Below, piece after piece: positions 20,775 to 30,877 of a DNA stretch of 50,355 nucleotides. Position numbers and translations under genes: made by a program. This stretch comes from a phage. Numbering within the stretch: the first letter of the stretch is position 1; each line of letters begins with the position of its first letter. The notes below the pieces were generated by a model. That model ran no database searches. It had not been told where the DNA came from and saw nothing but the letters and a program-made list of their open reading frames with translations. The stretch lies in sequence record PZ871096.1, one strand, 5' to 3'.

Positions 20775-21043
20775 TAATTACACCTCAAATCAATAAATTT
20801 ACTTTCATTTTGCCAGCGGTTGATAAATTTAACTTCTTTATTGTCAACGCTCAACCTGTATTGCTTTTGGCTGAATCTGTTTTCGCGGACTGCATTAATT
20901 TTAACCTCATGGAATCCGTTAACAGGGAATGTTTTAACGTTAAATTTTGCCGTGCAATCGATCTCTTTGAAGCCGCCAGTAGGCGACGCTGCGCATCCGG
21001 TCAGAGCGGCTACGGTGGCGATAACTGCGATTAATTTTTTCAT
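20774..21043 (-). CDS. outer-membrane lipoprotein, candidate superinfection-exclusion protein (Cor/Llp-like)
   Basis: ORF-track frame 20774-21049; ATG 21043 with AAGGAG SD; signal peptide plus lipobox MKKLIAVIATVAALTG|C; placed next to the receptor-binding tail gene as cor/llp are in T1/T5-type phages. Confidence 0.5.
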   Translation of the reverse strand: MKKLIAVIATVAALTGCAASPTGGFKEIDCTAKFNVKTFPVNGFHEVKINAVRENRFSQKQYRLSVDNKEVKFINRWQNESKFIDLRCN

Positions 21044-21074
21044 CTTCAATACTCCTTAGTTGTCGTTGCCTGTA

Positions 21075-21117
21075 ACTATACACGATCCGACAAGCGGCGT
21101 TTAGCAAAAAGTGCTAC
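21075..21117 (-). promoter_or_regulatory. conserved-box promoter (variant box GTAGCACTTTTTGCTAAAC, 18-nt spacer, TATAGT)
   Basis: box at 21099-21117, -10-like hexamer at 21075-21080 (minus strand). Confidence 0.5.
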
Positions 21118-21237
21118 TTGTTATTTTTTGTTTTCCGGTGTTATCGGATTTAAGACGGCGTAAATTTAGCGCAAATTTTAGCCAACATAAGAACAATAAA
21201 TAATCAATAAAATAGATATATACATATAAAATCAATA

Positions 21238-21400
21238 GTTTATTTATTTATGTATGTATATTTGTTTTTTCTTGTTATCTGTGTTTCTTGTGGTTTTGGT
21301 TGTTTGTGGTGATTTTTCTTTCTGAGTATCTGTATGTGCCATCATTCATGTGTATGTATATAATCCGGCGTATCTGAGAGAACAGGGGAACAAGAAAAAT
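21238..21400. repeat. AT-rich TG/TA-repeat element, copy A (homologous to 40737-40990)
   Basis: shared blocks TTATTTATTTAT, GTATGTATAT, TTGTTATCT, TTGTGGTTTTGGT, GTATCTGTATGTG, GGGAACAAGAAAAA. Confidence 0.6.
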
Positions 21401-21486
21401 AACACATATTAATCATTAACTTACGCGTCAAATTTGTTTTGTTGCCATCTGAGAACGTTTAGAAAACAGAAAAAACAAAACAACTA

Positions 21487-21514
21487 TTGACTAAATCAAC
21501 CAAATGGCTACAAT
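21487..21514 (+). promoter_or_regulatory. sigma70-type promoter for exonuclease-ERF-SSB operon
   Basis: TTGACT (21487-21492), 16-nt spacer, TACAAT (21509-21514); SD GAGGAG; ATG 21545. Confidence 0.55.
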
Positions 21515-21544
21515 GCACACACAAAGCAACGAGGAGCATTAAAG

Positions 21545-22600
21545 ATGAGTGATTTTAACGCCTATACTAGCGAAGAAATGAGCAATGAGCTTTATCATGA
21601 TCCTAACGCGTGGACGGCTGAATACGTCAGCGGTTCCAGCCTGGCGGAGATTTACAGCACTTGCCCGGCGTACTGGAAGTACAAGCCTCGCCAGGAAACT
21701 AAGGCACTTGTTTTCGGTACGCAGTCGCATACCAATTTTGAAAGCAAGGAGTTATTCGAAAAAACATATCGCCGCGCACCGTCGCAGGATGACTTTAAAG
21801 ATCTGATTACAAGCCAAACGGCGTTAGCTTCAAAGCTGAAATCTTTTGGCCTGAAAGGTACGACGGGTAAGCAATACCCTGAACTGCTGGAAATGCTGTA
21901 CAAGTGCGGTGAGGATCTCAATGTATGGTGGCTTATCGAAATGATGGCAGAATGCCAGGCCGCAGCGGACGGAGTGCAGTTAATCGACGCGAAAGATTAT
22001 GATGCCTGTGTAGCGATGCGGCGCGTACTTGAGGCAATACCTGAGCATAATGCTTGCATGAATAGCCCAACCGCGCAGCGTGAAATGTCAATATTCGGGA
22101 TCATCAATGGCGTAAAAGTTAAAGTGCGTCTTGATCACGTTGACGTAAACAAGGATGTAAAGGCCACAATCATTAACGGTTACGACGAAAAAGGACGACC
22201 GATTTATGAAGAAGTAATCTATCCAGAAGCTGTGATTATCACTGACTATAAAACAACGGTTAGCGCAAATCCGGTTGACTTCCAGCGCCTGGCTTACAAT
22301 CACGGCTATTATCTAAAAATGGCTTTGCAGCATGATTTATTTAAAAAGGCGTATCCAGACGAGGAAAGGCCAGTAATTGTGAGATTGCTTGCTCAGGAGA
22401 AGAAAGAGCCTTACTTGCCGCTCGCATTCCGCATGAACATTGAGCAATTGAAGATCGGGCGTATCCAGTACATGAGCGTGATCAACAAGTTCAACGTTTG
22501 CCAACAGTTAGATGAATGGCCTTCGTATGCAAACGGACAACCAGAAATTGATCTTGATACTCATGATTGGGTTCGTGCTCAATTCAGGCAGTATCTATGA
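21545..22600 (+). CDS. PD-(D/E)XK exonuclease (RecE / exonuclease VIII-like)
   Basis: 351 aa; D...DYKT-type nuclease motif (AVIITDYKTT); followed by an annealing protein gene. Confidence 0.6.
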   Translation: MSDFNAYTSEEMSNELYHDPNAWTAEYVSGSSLAEIYSTCPAYWKYKPRQETKALVFGTQSHTNFESKELFEKTYRRAPSQDDFKDLITSQTALASKLKSFGLKGTTGKQYPELLEMLYKCGEDLNVWWLIEMMAECQAAADGVQLIDAKDYDACVAMRRVLEAIPEHNACMNSPTAQREMSIFGIINGVKVKVRLDHVDVNKDVKATIINGYDEKGRPIYEEVIYPEAVIITDYKTTVSANPVDFQRLAYNHGYYLKMALQHDLFKKAYPDEERPVIVRLLAQEKKEPYLPLAFRMNIEQLKIGRIQYMSVINKFNVCQQLDEWPSYANGQPEIDLDTHDWVRAQFRQYL

Positions 22601-22620
22601 CAAACCAAACAAATAGCTAA

Positions 22621-23328
<708 letters not shown>

Positions 23329-23332
23329 TAAA

Positions 23333-23354
23333 CGGGGCGCTTGCGCCCCTTTTG
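23333..23354 (+). terminator. terminator-like hairpin between erf and ssb
   Basis: GGGGCG-cttg-CGCCCC followed by TTTT. Confidence 0.5.
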
Positions 23355-23371
23355 TCATAGGAGAAAACAAA

Positions 23372-23824
23372 ATGCACGTTATTACAGGTGAGATCCGAAA
23401 AGAGCCAAAAGTAAAGCAAATGCCTAACGGTAGCACGCTATATGTTGTTGAGCTTTCCGAACGATATAAAGACCGTGAAGGCAATTGGCAGTATACAAAC
23501 TATGTATTTTTCTTTAACGCGAAAACAGACGGCCTGAATGGTTGGTATGCTGAGGCGTTCCAGGTAGGCAAGGTTATTTCTGTTTCCTGCGACACCTTGC
23601 GGGTTGAAACGCGAGAATACAACGGAAAGATTTACAGCACCGTGCAGCCTGGCGGATTTGCAAACTTGCTATTTAGCCAGCGTAGGGAAAGCCAGCAACA
23701 ATATCAACAGCGAACGCAAGGAGGCTGGTGGCAACCACAACAGCAACAGCAACAAAATACTCAACAGCAACCACAGCAAAGCAATCAGCCTCCGATTGAC
23801 TTTGACGACGATATACCCTTCTAA
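23372..23824 (+). CDS. ssb: single-stranded DNA-binding protein
   Basis: ORF-track frame 23321-23824; ATG 23372 with AGGAG SD; OB-fold-like N-terminus, Gln-rich linker, acidic tail ...DFDDDIPF. Confidence 0.85.
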   Translation: MHVITGEIRKEPKVKQMPNGSTLYVVELSERYKDREGNWQYTNYVFFFNAKTDGLNGWYAEAFQVGKVISVSCDTLRVETREYNGKIYSTVQPGGFANLLFSQRRESQQQYQQRTQGGWWQPQQQQQQNTQQQPQQSNQPPIDFDDDIPF

Positions 23825-23827
23825 CAA

Positions 23828-23858
23828 TAAAAATCCCCGCTTGTGCGGGGATTTTTTT
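23828..23858. terminator. bidirectional intrinsic terminator at convergent junction
   Basis: A6-TCCCCGC-ttgt-GCGGGGA-T7. Confidence 0.75.
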
Positions 23859-25995
23859 ATTCTGTATCTGTTGGATTGTTTATTAATTTCGCTACCGCTT
23901 TTTTTAGATCCTCTATCTCTTTCTCCATTTTCTCAATTTTGTTTCCCATGTAGACCATAGCGCAAGCCATATCAGCCATGATAACGTTATTGTCAAGAGC
24001 TAGTGTATCATCTGCTTTGTCAACCACAATCTGACGATCCACATATTCTTCACCTTCATCATTAACGCCTATAACATCTGCAAAAATGTCCCCTCCAGGT
24101 ATTAGCTTTACATATTCAGGATCTATTTTTAACAGATCCTGAGCTATCATCCCGAATCGCTGGATGTTGCTTCCATTGTATTTAAACATGGTAGGCAGCC
24201 ACTGCATAACGCGATCATAGCTTTCTTTTCCATCTGTATAAATTATATCGTGCTTTAAATCCCTGTCAGAGTTAGCTGCCTTTTGGAAAATGAAATTTCC
24301 ACTTGATGACCATGTAGTTATATCGTTTGATGCCGGATTAAACTGGAAATTGCAGAAAAAACCACCATCACCACGAAGCCTTAGAGAACAAAGTGGCCAT
24401 GCATTATTACCTTGTGCGATAAGACCCCAAGTTGCACGAATCGGGTATCCACCAGTTGATTGTGTAGCCCAAGATAACCCAGGACACCAGCCGCCATCAT
24501 TATTGGTTATAATTTCACCCCAAACAAGAGCATTACCCCAATAATTTGGATCGTCCCACCCCATTTGTTGAGTTTTTCCGGTGTATTGAGCAGAATGCGT
24601 TCTGCCGTCAGGGTAAAACTTGTGCATATAGGACTGTATCCCTGCTTGATACAATTCTATTCCAAAAGATTCAACGTGTGTATCTCCTCTTCTGATTAAA
24701 CCAGCGATAGCGTAATCGTCATACCAGTTGTAACGACTTACACCAGTCCATGTGTTGATTGGTGGACTTGGAATTGAAAACAATTGCGACGCATTTCGCT
24801 CATTCCCATCTACATAAATACCAGCCCCAGGAGCTAAGGAAATGCTTTTCGCTCCTGAAAAAGCACCATTTTCATTAAACTGATAATACTGTGATGCCCC
24901 ATTATGAAATACGCCTATTGTATGCTTTCCTACGCCTACTTGAGTTTCAAAATAAGACTGAGAAGATCCAATATCTTCACCTTGTGTATTCTTTAGTTTT
25001 GAATGGTATATACCTGCGTTTGCAGTAGTTGCATTTTCCGTTTCGTTTTCAACATTAAGACTCAAAAACTTTGGTGCATGTTTTTCGCCAAGTCCTATAT
25101 TGTTTCTGATGCCATTTGCGTCAATAGCTCCAGTGCCACCAGAAGAAATAGCTAAAGGAACAGTTTCAAATGACCCAGACCCTGATACATCCCTCTGGAA
25201 AACAAGAAGACCATCATTTCTGATAACGAGCCTATATTCTCTATTTCTAGAGTACAAGATAGTATGCACGTAATCCTGAAAAAATGAATCAATGCTAAGA
25301 GTACTGCGAGCTTCATCAATGTCAGAAAGATTTTTAAGGTTCTGATCCTTATGCAATAGATTTTCAGGATTTACCTGTTGCGCCCACTGGCGAGCTTCAT
25401 CACGCGCAGTTTCAGCGCCAGCCTTTGCATTATTTGCATCAACGGCATGATTTCCAGCAGCATCACGCGCCAGTTCAGCCTGATCGCGAGCACCGAAAGC
25501 CTCTTGTTTAATGGCTTCAGTTTCGGTTACAGCTGAATCTTTAATCTGTTGCGTTTGAGTTTTGATCGCGTCAGTGTCTGCTTTAATCTGGTTTGTTTCA
25601 GCAACAGCAGATTCCTTAACTTGATTCACCAGATCCTTTAAGCCATCCAAATCAAAATCTTTAAAAAACTCTATTGCTTCTGCAATTTCTGTTTCCTTGC
25701 TCTGGTAATAACGCAAAGTTTCCGCTACATCCTGCGCAAGCCCGTCAACCGTTAACGAGTCATGAAGCAAGATCAGGTAATTTGTCTTCTGGACTACCGC
25801 GCCGCCAGTAGTAATTGCGCGAATGCTTGTATCGCTAATCACCTCTGTGATCACGGCAGCTTGCAAAGGTTGAGTAAGAAAGAAAATAGTTGCACCTTGG
25901 CGAATCAATGTTAATTGCTCGCGCCATTTTGTGTCGTAACCAGTTACATAACCTTGAGCGTCCATAGACGCTTGGCCTTGTCTGTAAATCGCCAT
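23857..25995 (-). CDS. tail fibre protein with C-terminal intramolecular chaperone (peptidase S74-like) domain
   Basis: ORF-track frame 23857-26019; ATG 25995 with AGGAGG SD; coiled-coil N-terminal part; C-terminal [11 protein letters not shown]...[15 protein letters not shown] matches the autoproteolytic chaperone motif of T5 L-shaped fibre and endosialidases. Confidence 0.7.
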   Translation of the reverse strand: MAIYRQGQASMDAQGYVTGYDTKWREQLTLIRQGATIFFLTQPLQAAVITEVISDTSIRAITTGGAVVQKTNYLILLHDSLTVDGLAQDVAETLRYYQSKETEIAEAIEFFKDFDLDGLKDLVNQVKESAVAETNQIKADTDAIKTQTQQIKDSAVTETEAIKQEAFGARDQAELARDAAGNHAVDANNAKAGAETARDEARQWAQQVNPENLLHKDQNLKNLSDIDEARSTLSIDSFFQDYVHTILYSRNREYRLVIRNDGLLVFQRDVSGSGSFETVPLAISSGGTGAIDANGIRNNIGLGEKHAPKFLSLNVENETENATTANAGIYHSKLKNTQGEDIGSSQSYFETQVGVGKHTIGVFHNGASQYYQFNENGAFSGAKSISLAPGAGIYVDGNERNASQLFSIPSPPINTWTGVSRYNWYDDYAIAGLIRRGDTHVESFGIELYQAGIQSYMHKFYPDGRTHSAQYTGKTQQMGWDDPNYWGNALVWGEIITNNDGGWCPGLSWATQSTGGYPIRATWGLIAQGNNAWPLCSLRLRGDGGFFCNFQFNPASNDITTWSSSGNFIFQKAANSDRDLKHDIIYTDGKESYDRVMQWLPTMFKYNGSNIQRFGMIAQDLLKIDPEYVKLIPGGDIFADVIGVNDEGEEYVDRQIVVDKADDTLALDNNVIMADMACAMVYMGNKIEKMEKEIEDLKKAVAKLINNPTDTE

Positions 25996-26012
25996 TTGTA
26001 AAATCCTCCTAA

Positions 26013-26033
26013 ATAGCACTTTTTGCTAATGAC
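26013..26033 (+). promoter_or_regulatory. conserved box in inverted orientation immediately upstream of tail fibre SD
   Basis: ATAGCACTTTTTGCTAATGAC on + strand; on the minus strand GCAAAAAGTGCTAT is followed directly by AGGAGG and the ATG. Confidence 0.4.
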
Positions 26034-26060
26034 AATGCAGATAATAGCATTTTCAAATGC

Positions 26061-26085
26061 AAAAAAAAACCCCGCATAAGCGGGG
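26061..26085 (-). terminator. intrinsic terminator after primase gene
   Basis: minus strand CCCCGC-ttat-GCGGGG followed by T9. Confidence 0.7.
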
Positions 26086-26101
26086 TAATACTAGCGGAGT
26101 T

Positions 26102-27031
26102 TTATAGCAGTGATTCGGGCTTGTAGAGTTTTCTTTCTACGCCCTGTTTAAAATTATCGTTAACAGGCATCATTATGTCAAGACCTCTTTCCTCTGCCGA
26201 GATTATCACATCACGATCATCTTTCCGGCAGACTACACGCATTCTTCTTTCTCCTTTATATCTATGCGCAACCATTTCAAGATTTGAAGGAGTAAAGCAA
26301 GCCCACACCTCTTGACCAGTTGATAAATGAACATGCTGGGAGTCAACCCAATCAAGGCACAAATAGATCGTCTTATCTGTGCTACCTGTTTTAACAACAG
26401 ATCCGCGCGTGTAGTCGCGAGCTAAAAACCAATCCTTTCCATCCTCATCAATGAAAAGCACGTTACACATTTCATCATCCAGCCCGTCATCATGCACCAG
26501 GTGACAAGGTAGCGCGTGAATGTATCGACCATCCTTGACGCCGCAATCATAATAACAATCTTCCGGCGGATATATCCCCTCATAAACGCTTAAGGGTGTG
26601 CGATCGAATTTTAATGTTTTTGCCATCACTTTTTCGCAGCATTCATGACTTGCCTGTTTCCCGAACGAGTAACCAGAAGAACGCGAAGCGCGCTTGTTTG
26701 CTCTGATCCTGTAATCCTGCGGCACTTTTCCGAGGAAGCGGCCCAAAATGTTGATGGCCTCGCTGTAAGGTTCGCCAGTTAATTTCATTAACCAACCGAT
26801 CCCTGTGTCGTTACCGCATACGTTGCAGATAGCGCCGCCGTCGCCCTCTTCATTTAGCTTATCAGTCCATCTAAAACGATCCTTGCCGCCGCAGTGTGGG
26901 CAAGGCTGATGCTTTTTGTTGAAAACATCGCTATGCAGTCCGCAAATGCTTTGTAGTGCTTCACGCCATAACCCCTTCATATATGGCAAAACGTCTTCTT
27001 TCTGATAGGTCATAAAGTTTTCAGTATTCAT
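26102..27031 (-). CDS. DNA primase (zinc-finger containing)
   Basis: ORF-track frame 26102-27109; start moved to ATG 27031 because a terminator hairpin (27041-27080) lies inside the longer frame; CPHCGG...CNVCG zinc-binding motif. Confidence 0.55.
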   Translation of the reverse strand: MNTENFMTYQKEDVLPYMKGLWREALQSICGLHSDVFNKKHQPCPHCGGKDRFRWTDKLNEEGDGGAICNVCGNDTGIGWLMKLTGEPYSEAINILGRFLGKVPQDYRIRANKRASRSSGYSFGKQASHECCEKVMAKTLKFDRTPLSVYEGIYPPEDCYYDCGVKDGRYIHALPCHLVHDDGLDDEMCNVLFIDEDGKDWFLARDYTRGSVVKTGSTDKTIYLCLDWVDSQHVHLSTGQEVWACFTPSNLEMVAHRYKGERRMRVVCRKDDRDVIISAEERGLDIMMPVNDNFKQGVERKLYKPESLL

Positions 27032-27040
27032 GGCAAACCC

Positions 27041-27080
27041 TAATAAAAAAGCCCAGCAAATATTATCATTTCGCTGGGCC
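27041..27080 (-). terminator. intrinsic terminator between regulator and primase genes
   Basis: minus strand GCCCAGC ... GCTGGGC stem followed by T6. Confidence 0.55.
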
Positions 27081-27086
27081 TTATCA

Positions 27087-27563
27087 TTAGCTATTCGTGC
27101 TGTTATCACCTTTGTAGAATCGTCCGCCTGGTTCGTAGTCTGAATTTTTGACTACGCGCAACATTTCGTATTTGTCGCAACGGGTAGTAAGAGGCTTGCC
27201 GTTAGAATCAAACCGCAGATCTGGACGACAAAACGAGGCGCGGTATCCTTTGCATCCATTATATTTGTAGTCGTTATGCACCTTTTGTGCTCCAGCGGCT
27301 GAAATCATACCACGCTTTCGCCACTGGTTAACGACTTGCTGAGATACGCGCAGACGTCGGGCCATAGCAGGAACACCGCCGTAATACTCGATCAGAATGT
27401 CAAGGCGAGATTTCAGGCTTGCTTTTACCTCATCTCGCAGGATAAGAAATCCGGTTCGGTGTTTTCGTGGCTTTTTGTCTTTACCTCGTCGCGTTCCGTT
27501 GTTACCGTTAATAGTGCGCTTGTCGATCTCACCAGTAGATACTGCAATTCGTGCATCTTTCAT
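27087..27563 (-). CDS. HTH DNA-binding protein (Cro/CI / YdaS-like helix-turn-helix)
   Basis: 158 aa; GGVPAMARRLRVSQQVVNQWRKRGMIS HTH signature; GAGGTGA SD; divergent from helicase gene. Confidence 0.55.
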   Translation of the reverse strand: MKDARIAVSTGEIDKRTINGNNGTRRGKDKKPRKHRTGFLILRDEVKASLKSRLDILIEYYGGVPAMARRLRVSQQVVNQWRKRGMISAAGAQKVHNDYKYNGCKGYRASFCRPDLRFDSNGKPLTTRCDKYEMLRVVKNSDYEPGGRFYKGDNSTNS

Positions 27564-27574
27564 CTAGTCACCTC

Positions 27575-27618
27575 ATAGCATTTTTTGTTAAAACAGTTTA
27601 TTGTAATGAGTCTATTAT
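27575..27618 (+). promoter_or_regulatory. conserved-box promoter for helicase operon; box also abuts the SD of the divergent regulator gene
   Basis: ATAGCATTTTTTGTTAAAAC (27575-27594), 18-nt spacer, TATTAT (27613-27618). Confidence 0.5.
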
Positions 27619-27650
27619 ATACTCCAAATGGCATTTTTTAAAGGTTTAAG

Positions 27651-29648
27651 ATGATTCCAAATATCGAAAAACAAATATCAGCGTTAGGCGAGGCAGTAAT
27701 AAAAAGCATCCAAGAGCGATTCACGGTTGGCAATATAGTGCCTTATCCTTATCAGTGCGTTGCGTATGCCGAGATCGCAAAGCGCATGAAAAACTATGAG
27801 CATCCTTTCTTTGTTAAGGCTTCTGTGTCGGCTGGCAAAACATTGATGTTTGCGATGGTTGCGGCGCAATGCCGCAAAATGGGATTGAAAATGATGGTCC
27901 TTGCTCGCCAGGCTGAAATTGTTGATCAGGATTCTGAAGAGATCAGCAATCTTGGCGTGCCAAACTCAATCTATTGCGCCGGACTGAAAACAAAAAGCGC
28001 ATACTTTCCGATCGTAGTCGGTTCTGAGGGCACTGTAGTAAACGGATTGTTTAAGTCTTTAGGTGATTATGTTCCGCACGTTATCGGTATTGATGAATGT
28101 CACCAGGTGGATTGGGAGGATCTCGCGGACGCGATAGAAAATAATGAATCTTACCAGCAGATGACCACTAAGAAGGATTTGCCTGTACTGATTGGAGAAG
28201 AACAGCAATTTGATTCCAATGGCGATCCAATGTTCGGAACAGGACGCACACAGTACACGGTAATAATCATGGAAATGATGCGCAGGTGTCGCGAGGCATA
28301 CGGGCACGAATTGCGAATATTCGGTATGACTGGATCTGAATTTCGCGGCGTGGTTCCAATACTGGTTGAAGATAAGAACAAAAAGGGATTCTGGCGTGAG
28401 CAGGTGACTAACATAGACACAAACTACTTAATCAAATTCGGTTCTGTAGTGCCAACAAATTTCGGCGACGTAGGCGACCTGGGGTATGACCTTTCAGAGT
28501 TCGAAGCCAGTAGCGAGGATGGCGTTTCAGACTTTGACGCTAAAACATTGCGCAAGATGGAAGAAAAGATCCATCAAGACGCAACAATGACACAGAAAAT
28601 CATGGCTAAAGTCCATGAGATATGCAAAGACAGGAACGGAGTTTTAGTTACATGCGCAGGGGAAAGACACTGCAAGGAGGCCGCCGCCGCACTGCCGCCA
28701 GGCGTTGAATACAGGATCATAACTGGCAAGACTGGAGACAATCAGCGTAAAGAGTGGCTGAGGGAGGCATACGAGGGAAAAGTAAAATACATCTTCCAGG
28801 TACAGGCGCTTACCACTGGCGTTAACGTTCCGTTTTGGGATACTTCTGTAATACTGAGAAAGATAGGATCTCTAACATTGCTTATCCAGCTTTTGGGGCG
28901 CGGTATGCGACTGCTTAAGCAATGGCACATTGAGCAGGGATTCAAGAAAAAAGACCATCTTGTATTGGATTTTGCCGGTACTATGGATGAGTTAGGGGAT
29001 TTGTATTTCGATCCAATCCTTGAGCAAGCGCAATTCCAAAAGAGATTTACAAACGGGAAAGAGCCTAAGACTTGTCCGATATGTGGAACGCTAAACAGCT
29101 TTTACGCTCGCCGATGTATGCACGTAGACGATAACGGGAAGAGATGCGAGCATTTTTGGACTTACAGAATTTGCGAGGACCAAGTAGATCCGAGAACGAA
29201 AAAGATAATCAAGCGCGGTTGCGGAACAAAAAACGACGTAGTGGCGAGAGTATGCCGTTGTTGCGATATTTCTCTTGTCGATCCTAACGAGAAGTTAAGC
29301 GGCAAGCACTACACCAAAAACGATTGGTGCAACGTTAAATCTTTCCGCGTTGATATGACGAAAAACCAGAAAGGAATTGTTTTTTGCTATGAGCTTGAGG
29401 CCAACGGCGACACGTTCAAGGCATACGAAAGATTTTTCCCTGAGTCAGAAAGCAACATTTGCCGGACGATATGGAGAAAAATAGCATTGCAGCACATACC
29501 GGATCGCAAGATTGCTGGTATGGTGGCGAGCTATAGAAATGCGCGTAAAATAATGTCATACGCTCATCACATCATGCCTCCTGTACGCGTAACGCATCGC
29601 AAAAACGGCAAAGGTGAGGATAACATTGCAAAACGGGAGTTTGTTTAA
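27651..29648 (+). CDS. superfamily-2 DNA helicase with C-terminal zinc-ribbon
   Basis: 665 aa; Walker A (VSAGKT), DECH box (GIDECHQ), C-terminal CPICG...C..H cluster. Confidence 0.75.
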   Translation: MIPNIEKQISALGEAVIKSIQERFTVGNIVPYPYQCVAYAEIAKRMKNYEHPFFVKASVSAGKTLMFAMVAAQCRKMGLKMMVLARQAEIVDQDSEEISNLGVPNSIYCAGLKTKSAYFPIVVGSEGTVVNGLFKSLGDYVPHVIGIDECHQVDWEDLADAIENNESYQQMTTKKDLPVLIGEEQQFDSNGDPMFGTGRTQYTVIIMEMMRRCREAYGHELRIFGMTGSEFRGVVPILVEDKNKKGFWREQVTNIDTNYLIKFGSVVPTNFGDVGDLGYDLSEFEASSEDGVSDFDAKTLRKMEEKIHQDATMTQKIMAKVHEICKDRNGVLVTCAGERHCKEAAAALPPGVEYRIITGKTGDNQRKEWLREAYEGKVKYIFQVQALTTGVNVPFWDTSVILRKIGSLTLLIQLLGRGMRLLKQWHIEQGFKKKDHLVLDFAGTMDELGDLYFDPILEQAQFQKRFTNGKEPKTCPICGTLNSFYARRCMHVDDNGKRCEHFWTYRICEDQVDPRTKKIIKRGCGTKNDVVARVCRCCDISLVDPNEKLSGKHYTKNDWCNVKSFRVDMTKNQKGIVFCYELEANGDTFKAYERFFPESESNICRTIWRKIALQHIPDRKIAGMVASYRNARKIMSYAHHIMPPVRVTHRKNGKGEDNIAKREFV

Positions 29649-30067
29649 TGGCTATAACTGATAAAGGCGATTATCTTGAGTTTTACGAAAGGGATCCAAC
29701 CGACACGAGAAGGGAAGTTAATCACCAGATAGATAGTTTTCAGTGGTTGACTTATGCTCATCCTTATTTGCTGGCGTGGCATACGGTAAACGAGAATGAG
29801 AAGTCTAAAGTAACGGCGATGATTGATCAGCAGTCCGGCTTGGTTAAGGGAGTAAGCGATTTCATCATCCTGATTGGTTTAAACGGAAAATACCCCTTTG
29901 CAGCGATTGAGATCAAACGAGTGAATAAATCAGGCAAGGGGAAAGCATCACCAGTCAGCGATGAGCAAAAGGCTTTTTTGCGTCGCGTTCGCAGCTTAGG
30001 AGGATTCGCTGCGGTAGCCTACGGATTCAATCAGTTTAAGTTGGCTATTGAATACATGCTTAAATAG
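29648..30067 (+). CDS. VRR-NUC domain nuclease
   Basis: 139 aa; GVSDFIIL...AAIEIK...SPVSDEQ matches the VRR-NUC PD-(D/E)XK signature. Confidence 0.65.
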   Translation: MAITDKGDYLEFYERDPTDTRREVNHQIDSFQWLTYAHPYLLAWHTVNENEKSKVTAMIDQQSGLVKGVSDFIILIGLNGKYPFAAIEIKRVNKSGKGKASPVSDEQKAFLRRVRSLGGFAAVAYGFNQFKLAIEYMLK

Positions 30068-30107
30068 CACTTTTTGTTAAAACTGGCGCGATGGATTGCG
30101 CCATAAT
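30064..30107 (+). promoter_or_regulatory. conserved-box promoter
   Basis: ATAGCACTTTTTGTTAAAAC, 18-nt inverted-repeat spacer (GGCGC...GCGCC), CATAAT. Confidence 0.5.
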
Positions 30108-30147
30108 TCAATAACACGAGATGGCTTTTAATAGCGGAGAAATGAAA

Positions 30148-30873
30148 ATGGCTAAAGATATTTTAGATAAAGACACACATGACGCATTCGTTAGCTTTGA
30201 GCAGTTGGAGAGAGAAACGTTTATAGGGAATGCCCTTGCAACTGGAGGCCATTACCAGGCAGTAAAGCCAAATCAATATTATAAGGTAAGCGGAAACCGA
30301 TACGCTGGAAGCACTACGCCGGACGTTGTGCGAGATATGTGGAGCACGCCTCAAGAGATCGTGGAGTGGATGGAATCAGAATTTGGTGAATACGATCTCG
30401 ACGCGGCAGCAAGCCAGGAAAACGCAGTTTGCGAGAAGTTCTATAGCAAGGAGACAAACTGCTTAAAGCGTTGGTGGGGTAGCAACAAGCACGTATGGCT
30501 TAACCCGCCGTACAGCAACCCAACTCCATTTATCAAGAAAGCAATTGAGCAAATGGAGCACAACAACCAAATTGATGTTTTGTTGCCAGCCGACAACTCT
30601 ACAGCATGGTTTTATGAGGCGCAGAAAAACGCGGCTGAAATCATCTGGATCACTGGTGAGGTTTACGAAGAGGGTGGGGTAGAATACTCCCGCACCGGAA
30701 GAATTGCCTTTGTGTCTGGATTGACTGGCGAGCCTGTGCAGGGCAACAACAAGGGAAGCGTGATTTTTGTCATGCGCAAACTTAAAGAAGGCGAGGAGCA
30801 GAAAACGCGATACGTTAAGATCAGCGATATTTGCCCTTCTGTAACCGAACGTCGCGCACGCAAACGGAGCTAA
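30148..30873 (+). CDS. dam: DNA N6-adenine methyltransferase (phage Dam family)
   Basis: ORF-track frame 30121-30873; ATG 30148 best placed relative to GGAG; catalytic NPPY motif (WLNPPYS). Confidence 0.75.
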   Translation: MAKDILDKDTHDAFVSFEQLERETFIGNALATGGHYQAVKPNQYYKVSGNRYAGSTTPDVVRDMWSTPQEIVEWMESEFGEYDLDAAASQENAVCEKFYSKETNCLKRWWGSNKHVWLNPPYSNPTPFIKKAIEQMEHNNQIDVLLPADNSTAWFYEAQKNAAEIIWITGEVYEEGGVEYSRTGRIAFVSGLTGEPVQGNNKGSVIFVMRKLKEGEEQKTRYVKISDICPSVTERRARKRS

Positions 30874-30877
30874 CACG

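Noticed and set aside
23604-23960. 118-aa forward ORF overlapping the SSB C-terminus and the bidirectional terminator
   Set aside because: Out-of-frame overlap with the well-supported ssb gene and runs through a terminator; low-complexity translation of the Gln-rich linker region.
27032-27109. Longer N-terminus for primase (ORF-track start 27109)
   Set aside because: The extension contains an intrinsic terminator hairpin plus T-run and overlaps the upstream gene; the in-frame ATG at 27031 was taken instead, although its SD is weak.
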